Part shown: piece by piece, positions 30,998 through 40,420 of the stretch
Layout of the letters: the number at the start of each line of letters is the position of its first letter
Position numbering within the stretch: the stretch's first letter is position 1
Origin: a virus
Strand: one strand, 5' to 3'
DNA length: 64,000 nucleotides
IMG/VR virus record: IMGVR_UViG_3300028608_000012
Coordinates: 13,792-77,791 of that record
Translations under genes and position numbers: made by a program
Notes under the pieces: model-generated
The model's database searches: none
The model's input: only the letters and a program-made list of their open reading frames with translations
What the model was told of the DNA's origin: nothing

Positions 30998-31174
30998 ATG
31001 ACTGATAAAGAGCAACTCATCACCAACATTGTCACGGTCGCCAATACCGTGGAAGTGGTTAAAAAGACCCTCGCCAAAGTAGGGTTGCAATTCCTCGCAC
31101 CGCTGGGTGAGTCTGTCATGGACGAGAAGATCAGCAAAGCCATCGTTGCCCGTGTCAAAGGAGCGTCGAAATGA
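30998..31174 (+). CDS. Small 58-aa protein (MTDKEQLITNIVTV...VKGASK), absent from the ORF track
   Basis: AGGAG RBS; stop overlaps the next start (ATGA). Confidence 0.7.
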   Translation: MTDKEQLITNIVTVANTVEVVKKTLAKVGLQFLAPLGESVMDEKISKAIVARVKGASK

Positions 31175-32706
31175 TTCGTGAATCCAGCGTTGCACTTGGC
31201 GAACTGATCGCCGTTGCTGGCGGTAACTTCCGCCCTAGCCCTGTGATTGCCGGTCTGAACGGTGAATCCGGTGGCGCCCTGGCCTTTACCGACAATTTCC
31301 GTCAGGAGATTCTCGAGGCCAGCCAGGGTAACATGCACACCGAGACCGTCGAAGGCGCCAGTGAACGTCTGGCTGAGATCATTCGTGACTCGCTGGGCAA
31401 CATCCGCACCTATGGCGTGCCGATGGCTCGCCGTGTGTTGAAAGACACCCGCCTGCTGTACTCCCGCAAACAACTGCAAAGCCTGACCGAGCAGTTGATC
31501 GAAGTGCAGTACGTCAACGTCGACAACGGTTTCTTCGAATCGTCGCTGTACCCGACTGAAGTGCGCGACAAGTCGCTCACTTACACCGGTGTTGACCTGG
31601 CCCCTGGCAGCACGCTGAAATGGCGCTACCCTGACGCCCAAGAAGTGCTCGCCTTCATCGGTGCTTCTCACGCTGACCTGGTCTCCATCCTCGAAGATGA
31701 TGACGAGTCCATCACCGACGCGGCCGGTCGTATTGGTGACCTCGGCGAACTGATGAACCTGTTCGTCAACAAAGACGGTATCTACGACTTCTCGCAGATC
31801 AAATCGGTGCGCTTTGTACTGCTGCTGAAGATGTACGTCCTGTTGACCAAGATGTACTTCTCCGAAGATCCGGCGCCGTGGTTGCAGACCGGTGAGCTGT
31901 CGGCCTACCGCAGTTTCGTTAGCCTGCTGTGGAACGGCATGACGCTGTACCTCATCAAGCTGAAGCAAGTGGTGGTCACCTACCGCCAGCGTAAACTGGT
32001 GATCGTGGCCGAGAAGCAAGCCGCTCTGACTCCGCACAGCCAGTCGCAGTACGGCGATACCCGTTTCATGACGGCCAAGCTGAAGGTGTTCTACACCAAC
32101 CAGATCCTGGAGAAAGTCCAGGCGGCTGGCGTGGGCTTCACTGAAGCGGTTATGGGTTACCACTGGGCTGCGTTGTCTGGCACTCCAATGACCATCGTCG
32201 ACTTCATCGAAGACGTGGGTCGTGGTGCCGGTTACGTCAAGGCGTACTACAACCACATCCACGAAAAGCTGTCGATGCAATCGAAGCAGTTGTTCATCAA
32301 GGGCGGCATCAAGGCGATCAACGACTTCATCAACGAGCACCCTCACCTGCTCGACCGTGCCAAAAGTCAGATGGGTGAAAACACCATGCTGATCAGCTGG
32401 GTACAGGGCATGTTCTCCGGCGAGCTGGAGAAAGCGCATTACATCCTGTCCGAGCGTTTCCATGGCGATGACGTTGCCGAAGTAATTGCCGGCGGTGTGG
32501 AGGACGGTGCTGATCCTCGTCTAGACGCCCTGCTGGAAACCACCCTGATCCCTGCGTTCCTGCGGGCCTGTGGTGCCACTCTGACGGCTGACATCATCGA
32601 AGCCACCTTCGTGGACACGAGCAAAGAAGACAACGTCATGGACAAGCGTGAGCGCCTGACCGTAGCGGTGATCAACGAACTCGTGAAGCGCTTGCTCGAG
32701 GCATAA
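31171..32706 (+). CDS. Virion head protein (phiKZ gp177 / SPN3US gp243-like, 511 aa)
   Basis: Strong codon bias; position between vRNAP beta and the protease. Confidence 0.7.
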   Translation: MIRESSVALGELIAVAGGNFRPSPVIAGLNGESGGALAFTDNFRQEILEASQGNMHTETVEGASERLAEIIRDSLGNIRTYGVPMARRVLKDTRLLYSRKQLQSLTEQLIEVQYVNVDNGFFESSLYPTEVRDKSLTYTGVDLAPGSTLKWRYPDAQEVLAFIGASHADLVSILEDDDESITDAAGRIGDLGELMNLFVNKDGIYDFSQIKSVRFVLLLKMYVLLTKMYFSEDPAPWLQTGELSAYRSFVSLLWNGMTLYLIKLKQVVVTYRQRKLVIVAEKQAALTPHSQSQYGDTRFMTAKLKVFYTNQILEKVQAAGVGFTEAVMGYHWAALSGTPMTIVDFIEDVGRGAGYVKAYYNHIHEKLSMQSKQLFIKGGIKAINDFINEHPHLLDRAKSQMGENTMLISWVQGMFSGELEKAHYILSERFHGDDVAEVIAGGVEDGADPRLDALLETTLIPAFLRACGATLTADIIEATFVDTSKEDNVMDKRERLTVAVINELVKRLLEA

Positions 32707-32709
32707 TCG

Positions 32710-33435
32710 ATGGACGTCGGCAATCTCAAGCACGATCCCGATATTGCTGACCGACTGTTCACCGAATTGGAAGATGGGTCTGTTATTGCTAAACGCGATT
32801 TCGAGATCCATCTGCCTAAGCGGTTTGTTGACAGCGGTATGGCGGTGGTCGGGGAAACAGTCACAACGCCTGCGGTGCTTGGGTTGGTGATACCGGGGGA
32901 GAGTTACGCTCCCCTGATGTCATTGATGGACATTACCCTCGTTCCGTTAAGCATTCGTGAAGTTGCAATCAAGGGTACTCAGTATCTGGTGTTGGAGTTT
33001 ACCAAAGGCGACACGGTAATCGAGAACACCAACGTCCTGCAAGAACCCAATCAGCCATATGCGTATTACATGGAGTTCCTCTACTACGCCAAACGTCCTT
33101 GGTATGTCACTGAAAACGCGTTGTCGTCGATGTTTGACTTGGCGGCTACGCAGAGTGGCGATCCGGTGGGTAGCAGTCCCCAGGTAATGCGGGTTTACAT
33201 GTCGCTGATGTTCCGCGATCCAGATAACCTGGAAAAACCGTACCGGTACAGTAAGGCGATGTTGGAAGGCAGGCCTCCAGTAATTGTGGGTCTTAACAAC
33301 AGTGGGCTCTTGATCGACGGGACCTTCCCGAAAATCATGGGCGGTTACCAACGCGACAACACGGTAGCAGCTATTGTGAACCCCGACGACCGTGTTACTG
33401 ATCTGGAGAAGATTATTAAAGGGGTCCCTGTATGA
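32710..33435 (+). CDS. Probable virion RNAP beta' C-terminal subunit (phiKZ gp176 / SPN3US gp244-like)
   Basis: C-terminus IVGLNN...TFPKIMGGY...LEKIIKG resembles the beta' C-terminal region; gene order. Confidence 0.65.
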   Translation: MDVGNLKHDPDIADRLFTELEDGSVIAKRDFEIHLPKRFVDSGMAVVGETVTTPAVLGLVIPGESYAPLMSLMDITLVPLSIREVAIKGTQYLVLEFTKGDTVIENTNVLQEPNQPYAYYMEFLYYAKRPWYVTENALSSMFDLAATQSGDPVGSSPQVMRVYMSLMFRDPDNLEKPYRYSKAMLEGRPPVIVGLNNSGLLIDGTFPKIMGGYQRDNTVAAIVNPDDRVTDLEKIIKGVPV

Positions 33436-34292
33436 GTCAAGTCATCACATTCGGCAGCACGGTGCTGGAAGGAAGTGGTAAACGTGGCATTCTGAAGCCG
33501 ATGGAGCCTAACAGCCCCTACTACCTGATGAATGCCGGTGGGTTCAACATTCAGAACCGCGCTGGTGTGGGTTACCGACTCAATGACTATGTCAAAGAGT
33601 GCATGTCGCCTGACAGCGATCTAAACCGTCGGGCATCCGAAGGTCAACTCTGGTGCGAGTTGGGTCATCCGCCGCAGTACTTCTGGGAACGTCAAGGTGG
33701 TCGGATCATTCAGACTCCGATCACAGACCTCTACCAGTGGATCCACCGCCTGCGCACGGTGTTGGAACCGAACGTCTGTGGGTCGATCCGCAAGATTCAC
33801 TGGATCTTCACCGGTGGCGATCGCGATCCTGTGCACAACAAAGTAGAGATCCGTTCATTCGGTCCTCTCAAAGATGTGTTCCAGGACAGCCTCGAAGACC
33901 CGGACATGAACACGGCGATTTCCATCCGTACGGTGACCAAGCCGCAACAGATGGGTGACCGTAACCGTGAGGTGGAATACTTCACCGGTTATGACGTGGT
34001 GATGGAGCAGGGTATGTTGAATGCCTGTAAGCACCGCACTGCTGGTCTGGAAGACTTCTTGTCTTCTGCGCTGTACGACCCAACCCCGGCTGAAGTTGTA
34101 GCCACGGTTGACGAGTTCCTGTTCATGTGCAAGCAAACGGTAAACAACGAAGCAGCCCAGGCTCGCTTTGCTGGTACTGAAAGCTTTGCTCACGTTTCGA
34201 AGATGATTCGTGAAGTAGAGCAACGCCTTCGTGGTCAACACGGCAAGAAGGTGCAGGTCGTTCGCTCCAGCGCTTTGTCTGTTTTCAAATAA
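33432..34292 (+). CDS. Prohead serine protease (phiKZ gp175 / SPN3US gp245-like)
   Basis: Catalytic ELGHP (His), AISIRT (Ser), YDVV (Asp). Confidence 0.85.
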   Translation: MSQVITFGSTVLEGSGKRGILKPMEPNSPYYLMNAGGFNIQNRAGVGYRLNDYVKECMSPDSDLNRRASEGQLWCELGHPPQYFWERQGGRIIQTPITDLYQWIHRLRTVLEPNVCGSIRKIHWIFTGGDRDPVHNKVEIRSFGPLKDVFQDSLEDPDMNTAISIRTVTKPQQMGDRNREVEYFTGYDVVMEQGMLNACKHRTAGLEDFLSSALYDPTPAEVVATVDEFLFMCKQTVNNEAAQARFAGTESFAHVSKMIREVEQRLRGQHGKKVQVVRSSALSVFK

Positions 34293-34301
34293 GACACCCA
34301 T

Positions 34302-34335
34302 TAACTCCTACTAGGGGCATCCCTAGTAGGAGTTA
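34302..34335 (+). terminator. Terminator hairpin
   Basis: TAACTCCTACTAGGG-GCAT-CCCTAGTAGGAGTTA. Confidence 0.85.
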
Positions 34336-34404
34336 TATTTATTCACGGGTTCACCATACCTATAGCCATTAGTGCATTTTGCCATAGACCAAGAGGAAGA
34401 AGTA

Positions 34405-35301
34405 ATGGATACTCAATCTCGTGCTGCTGTTCAGCTGTTGGAAACTCTGTCGTTCGTTAACACGCTGCGCGAAACCACGGGCGGCATCAACGTTCTGCAC
34501 GCTCTGCTGGAAACCTCGTCCAAAGAGTGGGATAACTCCAAGGACGCCAACACTGACAACCACCTGATCAAAGGTGTACACGTCAATAGCAAGAAGACCG
34601 ACGCTATTCACGTTTACATCGCCAAGATCGTAGCCCAGCACATGCGTTCTGTGGGCAACCGTCTGACGGCCTGGACCAAAGGTACCATCGCTTCCGAAAA
34701 CCACACCAACGTCGCTGTGTCCAACCGTGTGGCCACTGCTGACTTCACCAGCCACGAACAACTGTTCAAAATGGTCGCCGGGCGCCTGTTGGGTTACGAC
34801 GATGCGCTGATCGATATTGCGTTGGCTACTACTCCGCGTCTTCAGGCAGAAGCACTGGTCGCTTACCTGGCCACTCGCTACGACCTGTCGGAAGATCGTG
34901 ACGCTGCTCTGGCCGGTTACACCAACGCCATCGACTTCGTTGAAGTCATGCTGGAGAAGCAAGGTTTCAACAACGACTACTTCCTGAAAACCACTGGTCA
35001 GGTGATCGCGTACTACAAGACCCCTGTCAGCGAAGGTGGTAGCCATCTGAGCGATCCACTGGACCTGCTGGACATGCTGGCCACCGACGGCGAGTTCGAT
35101 ACTCTGGGCGAGGCAGCCGCATTGCTGGGCGTACAAGTTCACACCGTTATCATCGACAAGGATGATCCGGATCCTGCCAGCACCATCGCTGAGCTGCGCA
35201 AGGTCTACGGCGAGCACGTGAAGATCGTCACCCCTACCGGTGAAGTGGACCTGAGCAAAAACGAAGCCGTTGTGGTTCAAGTCGGAACCGCGGCAGAGTA
35301 A
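34405..35301 (+). CDS. Hypothetical protein, probably highly expressed (~298 aa)
   Basis: GAGGA RBS before ATG 34405; strong codon bias. Confidence 0.75.
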   Translation: MDTQSRAAVQLLETLSFVNTLRETTGGINVLHALLETSSKEWDNSKDANTDNHLIKGVHVNSKKTDAIHVYIAKIVAQHMRSVGNRLTAWTKGTIASENHTNVAVSNRVATADFTSHEQLFKMVAGRLLGYDDALIDIALATTPRLQAEALVAYLATRYDLSEDRDAALAGYTNAIDFVEVMLEKQGFNNDYFLKTTGQVIAYYKTPVSEGGSHLSDPLDLLDMLATDGEFDTLGEAAALLGVQVHTVIIDKDDPDPASTIAELRKVYGEHVKIVTPTGEVDLSKNEAVVVQVGTAAE

Positions 35302-35330
35302 CCGTCCGGTCTGTTGTTTGGGTTAGAATA

Positions 35331-35347
35331 TTTCAAGCCTATATTAC
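35331..35347 (+). promoter_or_regulatory. Early (virion RNAP) promoter
   Basis: TTTCAAGCC-TATATTAC. Confidence 0.75.
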
Positions 35348-35444
35348 TATCCCGAGCAACAGACTTACCGTCTGGGGGGACGTGGACACCACCTCTTCTT
35401 GCTTCCTAATTTCTCAACAACCATAATCACTCACGAGGTTTACA

Positions 35445-35885
35445 ATGAGCTTGAATAAAGAATACACCGCAGCACAAGACGCAGCCGTTAAAGAACTGGT
35501 GGAAAACGTCACTTACAACAAGGCCACCAACCACGCTACGTTCGATGCTACGAAACTGGAACTGCCGGAAGACATCACTCCGGAGTCGATGCAGGCTCAC
35601 GTCTCTTACATCAATCAGCTGTCTGGCCAGGTTGAAGTTGCCACCGCACAAGTAGCGCGTGATCAATTCGCTGAAAACGACAAGCTGACCACCATCGACG
35701 GCACTCTGGACTTCGGCGGTTTCACCATCAATTCCCAGCACCACCTGCAACAGCAAGTGGGCGATGATCACCTGTACGGCGTGTCGACCACCGCGATCGA
35801 CTACTACCACAGCGAAGAACAAACTGACTGGTTGCAAGAGCACCGCGACCAACACGTATCGCTGGCCACCAAGCTGTTCGGCTAA
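35445..35885 (+). CDS. Early hypothetical protein, probably highly expressed (146 aa)
   Basis: Own promoter motif and terminator; GAGG RBS; strong codon bias. Confidence 0.85.
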   Translation: MSLNKEYTAAQDAAVKELVENVTYNKATNHATFDATKLELPEDITPESMQAHVSYINQLSGQVEVATAQVARDQFAENDKLTTIDGTLDFGGFTINSQHHLQQQVGDDHLYGVSTTAIDYYHSEEQTDWLQEHRDQHVSLATKLFG

Positions 35886-35901
35886 TATTCCGCAGTAGTA
35901 A

Positions 35902-35954
35902 GGATGACTAGGGAGCGATCCTTAGTCATCCACTATTACGCATTTTTGTTTTTT
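35902..35954 (+). terminator. Intrinsic terminator
   Basis: GGATGACTAGGGA...TCCTTAGTCATCC followed by a T-tract. Confidence 0.75.
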
Positions 35955-35964
35955 GGGGTAAAGG

Positions 35965-36279
35965 ATGAAGCCTGACTACGGGAAGTTATATCGCGAGTTA
36001 GATAGAACGGGGTTCTTTACCGACCGTAAGTCCGAAGCGTCTATAAACGGTTTCAGGATAACTTACCAGCTTACGTTTACCATGAAGCCTAATGGCGTTC
36101 ATATCACCTGTGCAATACCAGGATACAACCGCAGTAAGGGAAAGATCGCCGTTCCTAATGTGCGTGTTGTGGAGTTCTATTCTGATGGCAGTGCATGGGT
36201 CGCTCAACCGGGTAAGTTAGCCGAAGCAATCCAAGCCGTTGAAACACTTATTGAAGACCGTGAGATACTGGGGACGTAA
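35965..36279 (+). CDS. Hypothetical protein (104 aa)
   Basis: ORF; TAATG coupling to the next gene. Confidence 0.65.
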   Translation: MKPDYGKLYRELDRTGFFTDRKSEASINGFRITYQLTFTMKPNGVHITCAIPGYNRSKGKIAVPNVRVVEFYSDGSAWVAQPGKLAEAIQAVETLIEDREILGT

Positions 36280-37073
36280 TGGACACGTATACACTTGTAG
36301 AGCTGCTTGTTAAATTGGGGATGTTTACAGCAGCCCGTGACAAGTTTGTGTTGGCTGGGTACTTGATAACACTTTACACCACGCCAGAGTTTGACGGGAA
36401 TCGGCTGTGTATCTCCGCTAAGCATCCGGTTATTAAGGGTGGATACACGCCTTGGTACAGTTACGATGGAGAAGCTAGGCATGGTCACTGCTTTCATGTG
36501 ATAGCGTTTGACGCTAAGGTGTGTCGCACACTGCTACGCTCGCTTATTGTCACCTGGTACACAGCTACTGAAGTCGACGCGTTAACCAAGCCGGGTACTT
36601 ACCTGGAGTTCATTAGCGATGCGTTTACACTAGACCCTTTCTTTAAAGGACACTGGAAAATCATGACGTCTAAAGCACACGAGTTCAACGTAAACGCCTT
36701 GGATGACGCTGAGCGTAATCGCATGAGCGGTCATCACTACAGGCCGACTAAGGGTGAACCTAGTCCCTTCGGCTATCCACCGGCCGGTTGTGAGCACCCA
36801 TGGACGGTTTGGCGCCGTAGTCACTTCTCCACTCCGGTGGGTGTCAAGGGTAATGAACCGCGTCTCAAGCTGATCGATGTACTGACAAGTGAACCGTTGC
36901 GTAAGTTGGACATGGTTCATGAGTTAACCGGTCTTGAGATGGAGGACGGTCACGGTCATCTTACACTGGCGTGGGTTATCTGTATGTACTACAACTTCGG
37001 CTCTAAGTCCTGGGCTGACATTCACCAGGTCGGTGTTAACCGCATCAATTTCTATCGCAATATCCAGGAGTAG
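36279..37073 (+). CDS. Hypothetical protein (264 aa)
   Basis: Operonic ORF. Confidence 0.7.
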   Translation: MDTYTLVELLVKLGMFTAARDKFVLAGYLITLYTTPEFDGNRLCISAKHPVIKGGYTPWYSYDGEARHGHCFHVIAFDAKVCRTLLRSLIVTWYTATEVDALTKPGTYLEFISDAFTLDPFFKGHWKIMTSKAHEFNVNALDDAERNRMSGHHYRPTKGEPSPFGYPPAGCEHPWTVWRRSHFSTPVGVKGNEPRLKLIDVLTSEPLRKLDMVHELTGLEMEDGHGHLTLAWVICMYYNFGSKSWADIHQVGVNRINFYRNIQE

Positions 37074-37081
37074 GGGACTAT

Positions 37082-37462
37082 ATGTCTGTTCTTGAAACAA
37101 CCGATATCTTCGAGGAACGTTCTACTTTGTGGCGTGCAATTTTGGAATACAACCCCGAATTGCATCAGGGTCTCAAAGTTGAAGAGTTATCTGATAGCGA
37201 GATTGACAAAATCCTAGCGGATAACGCCGATAAACTGGTGTTGCCACAACGCCTGTTGAAATGGAAGTACCATATGCGCGATAAGCAGCCAGACGGTACG
37301 ACCAATCCGTATTACGTTATCCAGGCGATGTACCCTCCGGGCTATCAGCTTACTGAGGAAGATAAGACCTGGCAGGAAAGGAACGACAAAGAAACACAAG
37401 CCATGCACGCCAGCCCTACAGAGGCTGGTTACATCTATCGTTACACTAAACCGGAGCAATAA
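37082..37462 (+). CDS. Hypothetical protein (126 aa)
   Basis: RBS; operonic. Confidence 0.7.
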   Translation: MSVLETTDIFEERSTLWRAILEYNPELHQGLKVEELSDSEIDKILADNADKLVLPQRLLKWKYHMRDKQPDGTTNPYYVIQAMYPPGYQLTEEDKTWQERNDKETQAMHASPTEAGYIYRYTKPEQ

Positions 37463-37465
37463 AAC

Positions 37466-38275
37466 ATGCTGTTGAACTCTATCCCTAAAGGCGCTGAATT
37501 CACTTACGGTGTTCACGGTCCATCTCTGGCCGCCATCGTTCCTGACAACGCGTTCACGCTGTTGCCGCAGGAAAAGCTACACACGGCACTGCGTGAACTC
37601 GATGCCATCACCATGGGCTCCGTGCGCGCTCTGAACGGCAAGTTCGAACTGCTGCGTCAAGGCATTGGCTACATCTTGTTCTACCGCATCATCCAGAACC
37701 TCCAGCAAGACCGTCCTCAAGTTGTCTTCATGGTCTATCGCCGCAACAAGACCAACAACGAAGGTCGTCTGGCATCCAAGCTGAGCCTGGGCGCCGGTGG
37801 TCACATCGAAGGTTACGACGTCTCGTACCACATGATCAGCGATTCCGGTCTGTTGACTCAGACGCCGCTGATCGACATGGACGAAACCACCGACGACTCC
37901 GTCGACCGTGAAGGTAGCGAAGAAGTCAAGCTGTTCGACAAGAACGGCATGGACGTTACCGACAGTGTTATGGTGGACGCCAAAGAAGCTCGTTTCAACA
38001 AAGTCGGTTTCGTGATGGACAGCAAGCCAGAACACGGCTACGTCGGCAACATCCACTACGGTGTGGTGTACGCCATCGACGCGTCTGAAGCCGTTCGCTT
38101 CGACATGGCTGAACCTCAGAACGACGCCGTTGCCTGGGCAACTGCCGAGGAGCTCAAGAACGCTCCACTGTTCAAAGATCCAGAAGTGCCATTCGAACCA
38201 TGGTCGCAGATGATCGTTGACCAGATCGAAGCGGTTGAAGACTATATCCTGTCGCACTTCGCGCCGGCTGCTTGA
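37466..38275 (+). CDS. Nudix-superfamily phosphoesterase (COG4112/YmaB-like)
   Basis: RQ.I.Y, YRR....E.RL...SLG.GGHI, RE..EEV, VG.IH.G, EPWSQ. Confidence 0.8.
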   Translation: MLLNSIPKGAEFTYGVHGPSLAAIVPDNAFTLLPQEKLHTALRELDAITMGSVRALNGKFELLRQGIGYILFYRIIQNLQQDRPQVVFMVYRRNKTNNEGRLASKLSLGAGGHIEGYDVSYHMISDSGLLTQTPLIDMDETTDDSVDREGSEEVKLFDKNGMDVTDSVMVDAKEARFNKVGFVMDSKPEHGYVGNIHYGVVYAIDASEAVRFDMAEPQNDAVAWATAEELKNAPLFKDPEVPFEPWSQMIVDQIEAVEDYILSHFAPAA

Positions 38276-38282
38276 CTGTAAC

Positions 38283-38318
38283 ACCTTACCCTCTTCGGAG
38301 GGTAGGGTTTATTTTTTT
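38283..38318 (+). terminator. Intrinsic terminator with a cUUCGg loop
   Basis: ACCTTACCCTC-TTCG-GAGGGTAGGGT followed by a T-tract. Confidence 0.9.
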
Positions 38319-38338
38319 GATCGATTAGGAAGTAGTAC

Positions 38339-38992
38339 ATGAAAGGGCAGTTCTGGGTAGTAGACGGTCTTGACGGTTCTGGCAAGACAGGGTTGATGGA
38401 CAAGATAAAGGCGTTCCTTACCGATCACCGCATTCCATTTATTTGGTCGCGTGAACCCGGCGGTACTCCGTTTGCGGAGATGTTGCGTGACGGTCTGAAG
38501 TTCGGCTTCTACGGGTTGGGGGATTACGAACTGTCGCCTATGACACAGACCATGCTGTTTAACGCAGCGCGGGTGGATCACATCGAAAAGGTGATCAAGC
38601 CACACATGGCTCAAGGCAAGATCGTACTGTGCGACCGCTACAAGGATTCCACCTTTGCGTACCAGGGTGGCGCTGGCGGTATCAACGCGTCCAAGCTTAC
38701 AACGATCCATGACCTGGTCTGTGGGTTCAACCCAGACATGGTCTTCATGATGGACGGCGATCCAAAGGTATTCGCTGAGCGCATGGCGGGTCGTGGACAA
38801 CCGGATAAACTGGATAAGCTCCAGTTGGATAAGGCTGATGAGATGCGTGACGTTTACCAGTATCGGGCCAGCCTTGAGCCGGACGTATACCGGGTGATTG
38901 ACGCAACTCAGAGCGAAGAACAGGTTTGGGCTCAGGTTCTCCCCCATCTGATGGAGAAACTCAATCAACTGAAGCAACGCCCAACGGCGTGA
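38339..38992 (+). CDS. tmk: Thymidylate (dTMP) kinase
   Basis: P-loop DGLDGSGKT, REPGGT, LFNAAR, CDRY. Confidence 0.95.
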   Translation: MKGQFWVVDGLDGSGKTGLMDKIKAFLTDHRIPFIWSREPGGTPFAEMLRDGLKFGFYGLGDYELSPMTQTMLFNAARVDHIEKVIKPHMAQGKIVLCDRYKDSTFAYQGGAGGINASKLTTIHDLVCGFNPDMVFMMDGDPKVFAERMAGRGQPDKLDKLQLDKADEMRDVYQYRASLEPDVYRVIDATQSEEQVWAQVLPHLMEKLNQLKQRPTA

Positions 38993-39014
38993 TCTGCATT
39001 AGAGGGAGCCTGAT

Positions 39015-39659
39015 ATGTGTCTGAAACTCTACCACTATTCACCTTTGCTGTATCCCACGTTGCTAACCAAACGTAAGTCTGGTGCTGCGTCGAAGGAAGA
39101 GATCAAACAGGCTGAGCGTCGTGCTTCCGGTAAAGGACCTGATATGAAGCCGTATGTGGATCATATCTCGTTCTTCTTTGATCCTATTCCTTCGGTGATG
39201 TTGTCGCGCATCTTTGGCACCAATCACCAGGTATGGTTTACAGGCAGTAAGTTGTATGAGTACACGGTCACCGTAGACTCGCTGTCTGATGACTTCTCGT
39301 TTGAAGTGGTGGAGTCTGCCCAGCGCACTAAGCTGCTGGATGTCTTCTCTGAAAAGCATGACTGGGTTAACGACAATCCAGCCACACTCAAACTGTGGGA
39401 AGCACACGAGATCAAGCACAAGTTGCAGTGGGGCGAGATCGGTCGTGGTAAGCAGGCATTGAAGGTTCAGATGTTGGGAACTGATGGTGATCTGGGCAAG
39501 GCTTTCTTGTCTGCGTACAACCGTCCTGACTTCGAAGATGGGCGTTTTAAATACGCTGCCAATGTACCGCATGTTATGATTTACCCCTCCTCGGGCGAGA
39601 TCCAATATACGGCAGTCGAGCGACTTACCATTGGCAAGAACAAGAGAGACCCCCTATGA
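39015..39659 (+). CDS. Hypothetical jumbo-phage protein (214 aa)
   Basis: GAGGGAG RBS; LYHYS and YVDHISFFFDPIP motifs. Confidence 0.7.
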   Translation: MCLKLYHYSPLLYPTLLTKRKSGAASKEEIKQAERRASGKGPDMKPYVDHISFFFDPIPSVMLSRIFGTNHQVWFTGSKLYEYTVTVDSLSDDFSFEVVESAQRTKLLDVFSEKHDWVNDNPATLKLWEAHEIKHKLQWGEIGRGKQALKVQMLGTDGDLGKAFLSAYNRPDFEDGRFKYAANVPHVMIYPSSGEIQYTAVERLTIGKNKRDPL

Positions 39660-39844
39660 CACCTGATGACGAGATGCGTCAAAGGCTTCACCTGGATGCA
39701 CTGGGCAAAGTCTATTCGACCGTACCTCCAGAGCGTCAACCTTGGAGCCCACAAGGCTTGAAGGAAGATCCCAACTTCGTGAAACGTGCTGAACCGCCTA
39801 AGCAGTTCGGTTACGGCATGGAACTGCAGATGCCCAAACGTTAA
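39656..39844 (+). CDS. Hypothetical protein (62 aa)
   Basis: ATGA overlap; hairpin follows. Confidence 0.6.
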   Translation: MTPDDEMRQRLHLDALGKVYSTVPPERQPWSPQGLKEDPNFVKRAEPPKQFGYGMELQMPKR

Positions 39845-39852
39845 CCCGTTAT

Positions 39853-39889
39853 TATTCCTACCTAGCCCTTAACAGGCTAGGTAGGAATA
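39853..39889 (+). terminator. Terminator hairpin
   Basis: TATTCCTACCTAGCC...GGCTAGGTAGGAATA. Confidence 0.8.
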
Positions 39890-39905
39890 TTTAAGATACA
39901 TTGTT

Positions 39906-39922
39906 TTTCAGGTCTATATTAC
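39906..39922 (+). promoter_or_regulatory. Early (virion RNAP) promoter
   Basis: TTTCAGGTC-TATATTAC. Confidence 0.75.
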
Positions 39923-39969
39923 TCATGTGATTAAGACAATTAAGTCTTTCATACTCCGGAGTAATAAAC

Positions 39970-40332
39970 ATGTCTCATTTCAACGCTGGCCAGTTCGACG
40001 AAATCGTTGCAGTTGTTAAAGCTAACGAAGGTGTAATCGGTGACGACCACAACAATGGCAACGGCACTATGCAGATCGCCGGTCTTGGCATCTTCCGCAA
40101 GCCTGGTGTACAGAAAGGGATCGTGGTTCCTCTGTGCCACAGCAAGATTGGTTTCTGTCTGAACCACATGTACCTGGAAGACGGTGCCGTTCGTGTCTCC
40201 CGTGACTCGGTAGGTGGGTTAATCGAAACCGGTAAACACGCCAGCCTGCAAGCCGCAGTTGAAGCATTCAACCGCGACCAGGAACATAACCAGTGGTCCA
40301 TGGGTGTTCTTGAACGTGTTGTATATCTGTAA
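39970..40332 (+). CDS. Early hypothetical protein (120 aa)
   Basis: GGAG RBS; own promoter motif and terminator. Confidence 0.8.
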   Translation: MSHFNAGQFDEIVAVVKANEGVIGDDHNNGNGTMQIAGLGIFRKPGVQKGIVVPLCHSKIGFCLNHMYLEDGAVRVSRDSVGGLIETGKHASLQAAVEAFNRDQEHNQWSMGVLERVVYL

Positions 40333-40344
40333 GTAACTGGATTG

Positions 40345-40380
40345 AAAGGCAGAGGGTAACTCCTCTGTCTTTTATTTTTT
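40345..40380 (+). terminator. Intrinsic terminator
   Basis: AAAGGCAGAGG...CCTCTGTCTTT followed by a T-tract. Confidence 0.8.
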
Positions 40381-40420
40381 GGGGGATTAGGAATATTCCC
40401 CTTCATCAAAGGAGTTAGTT

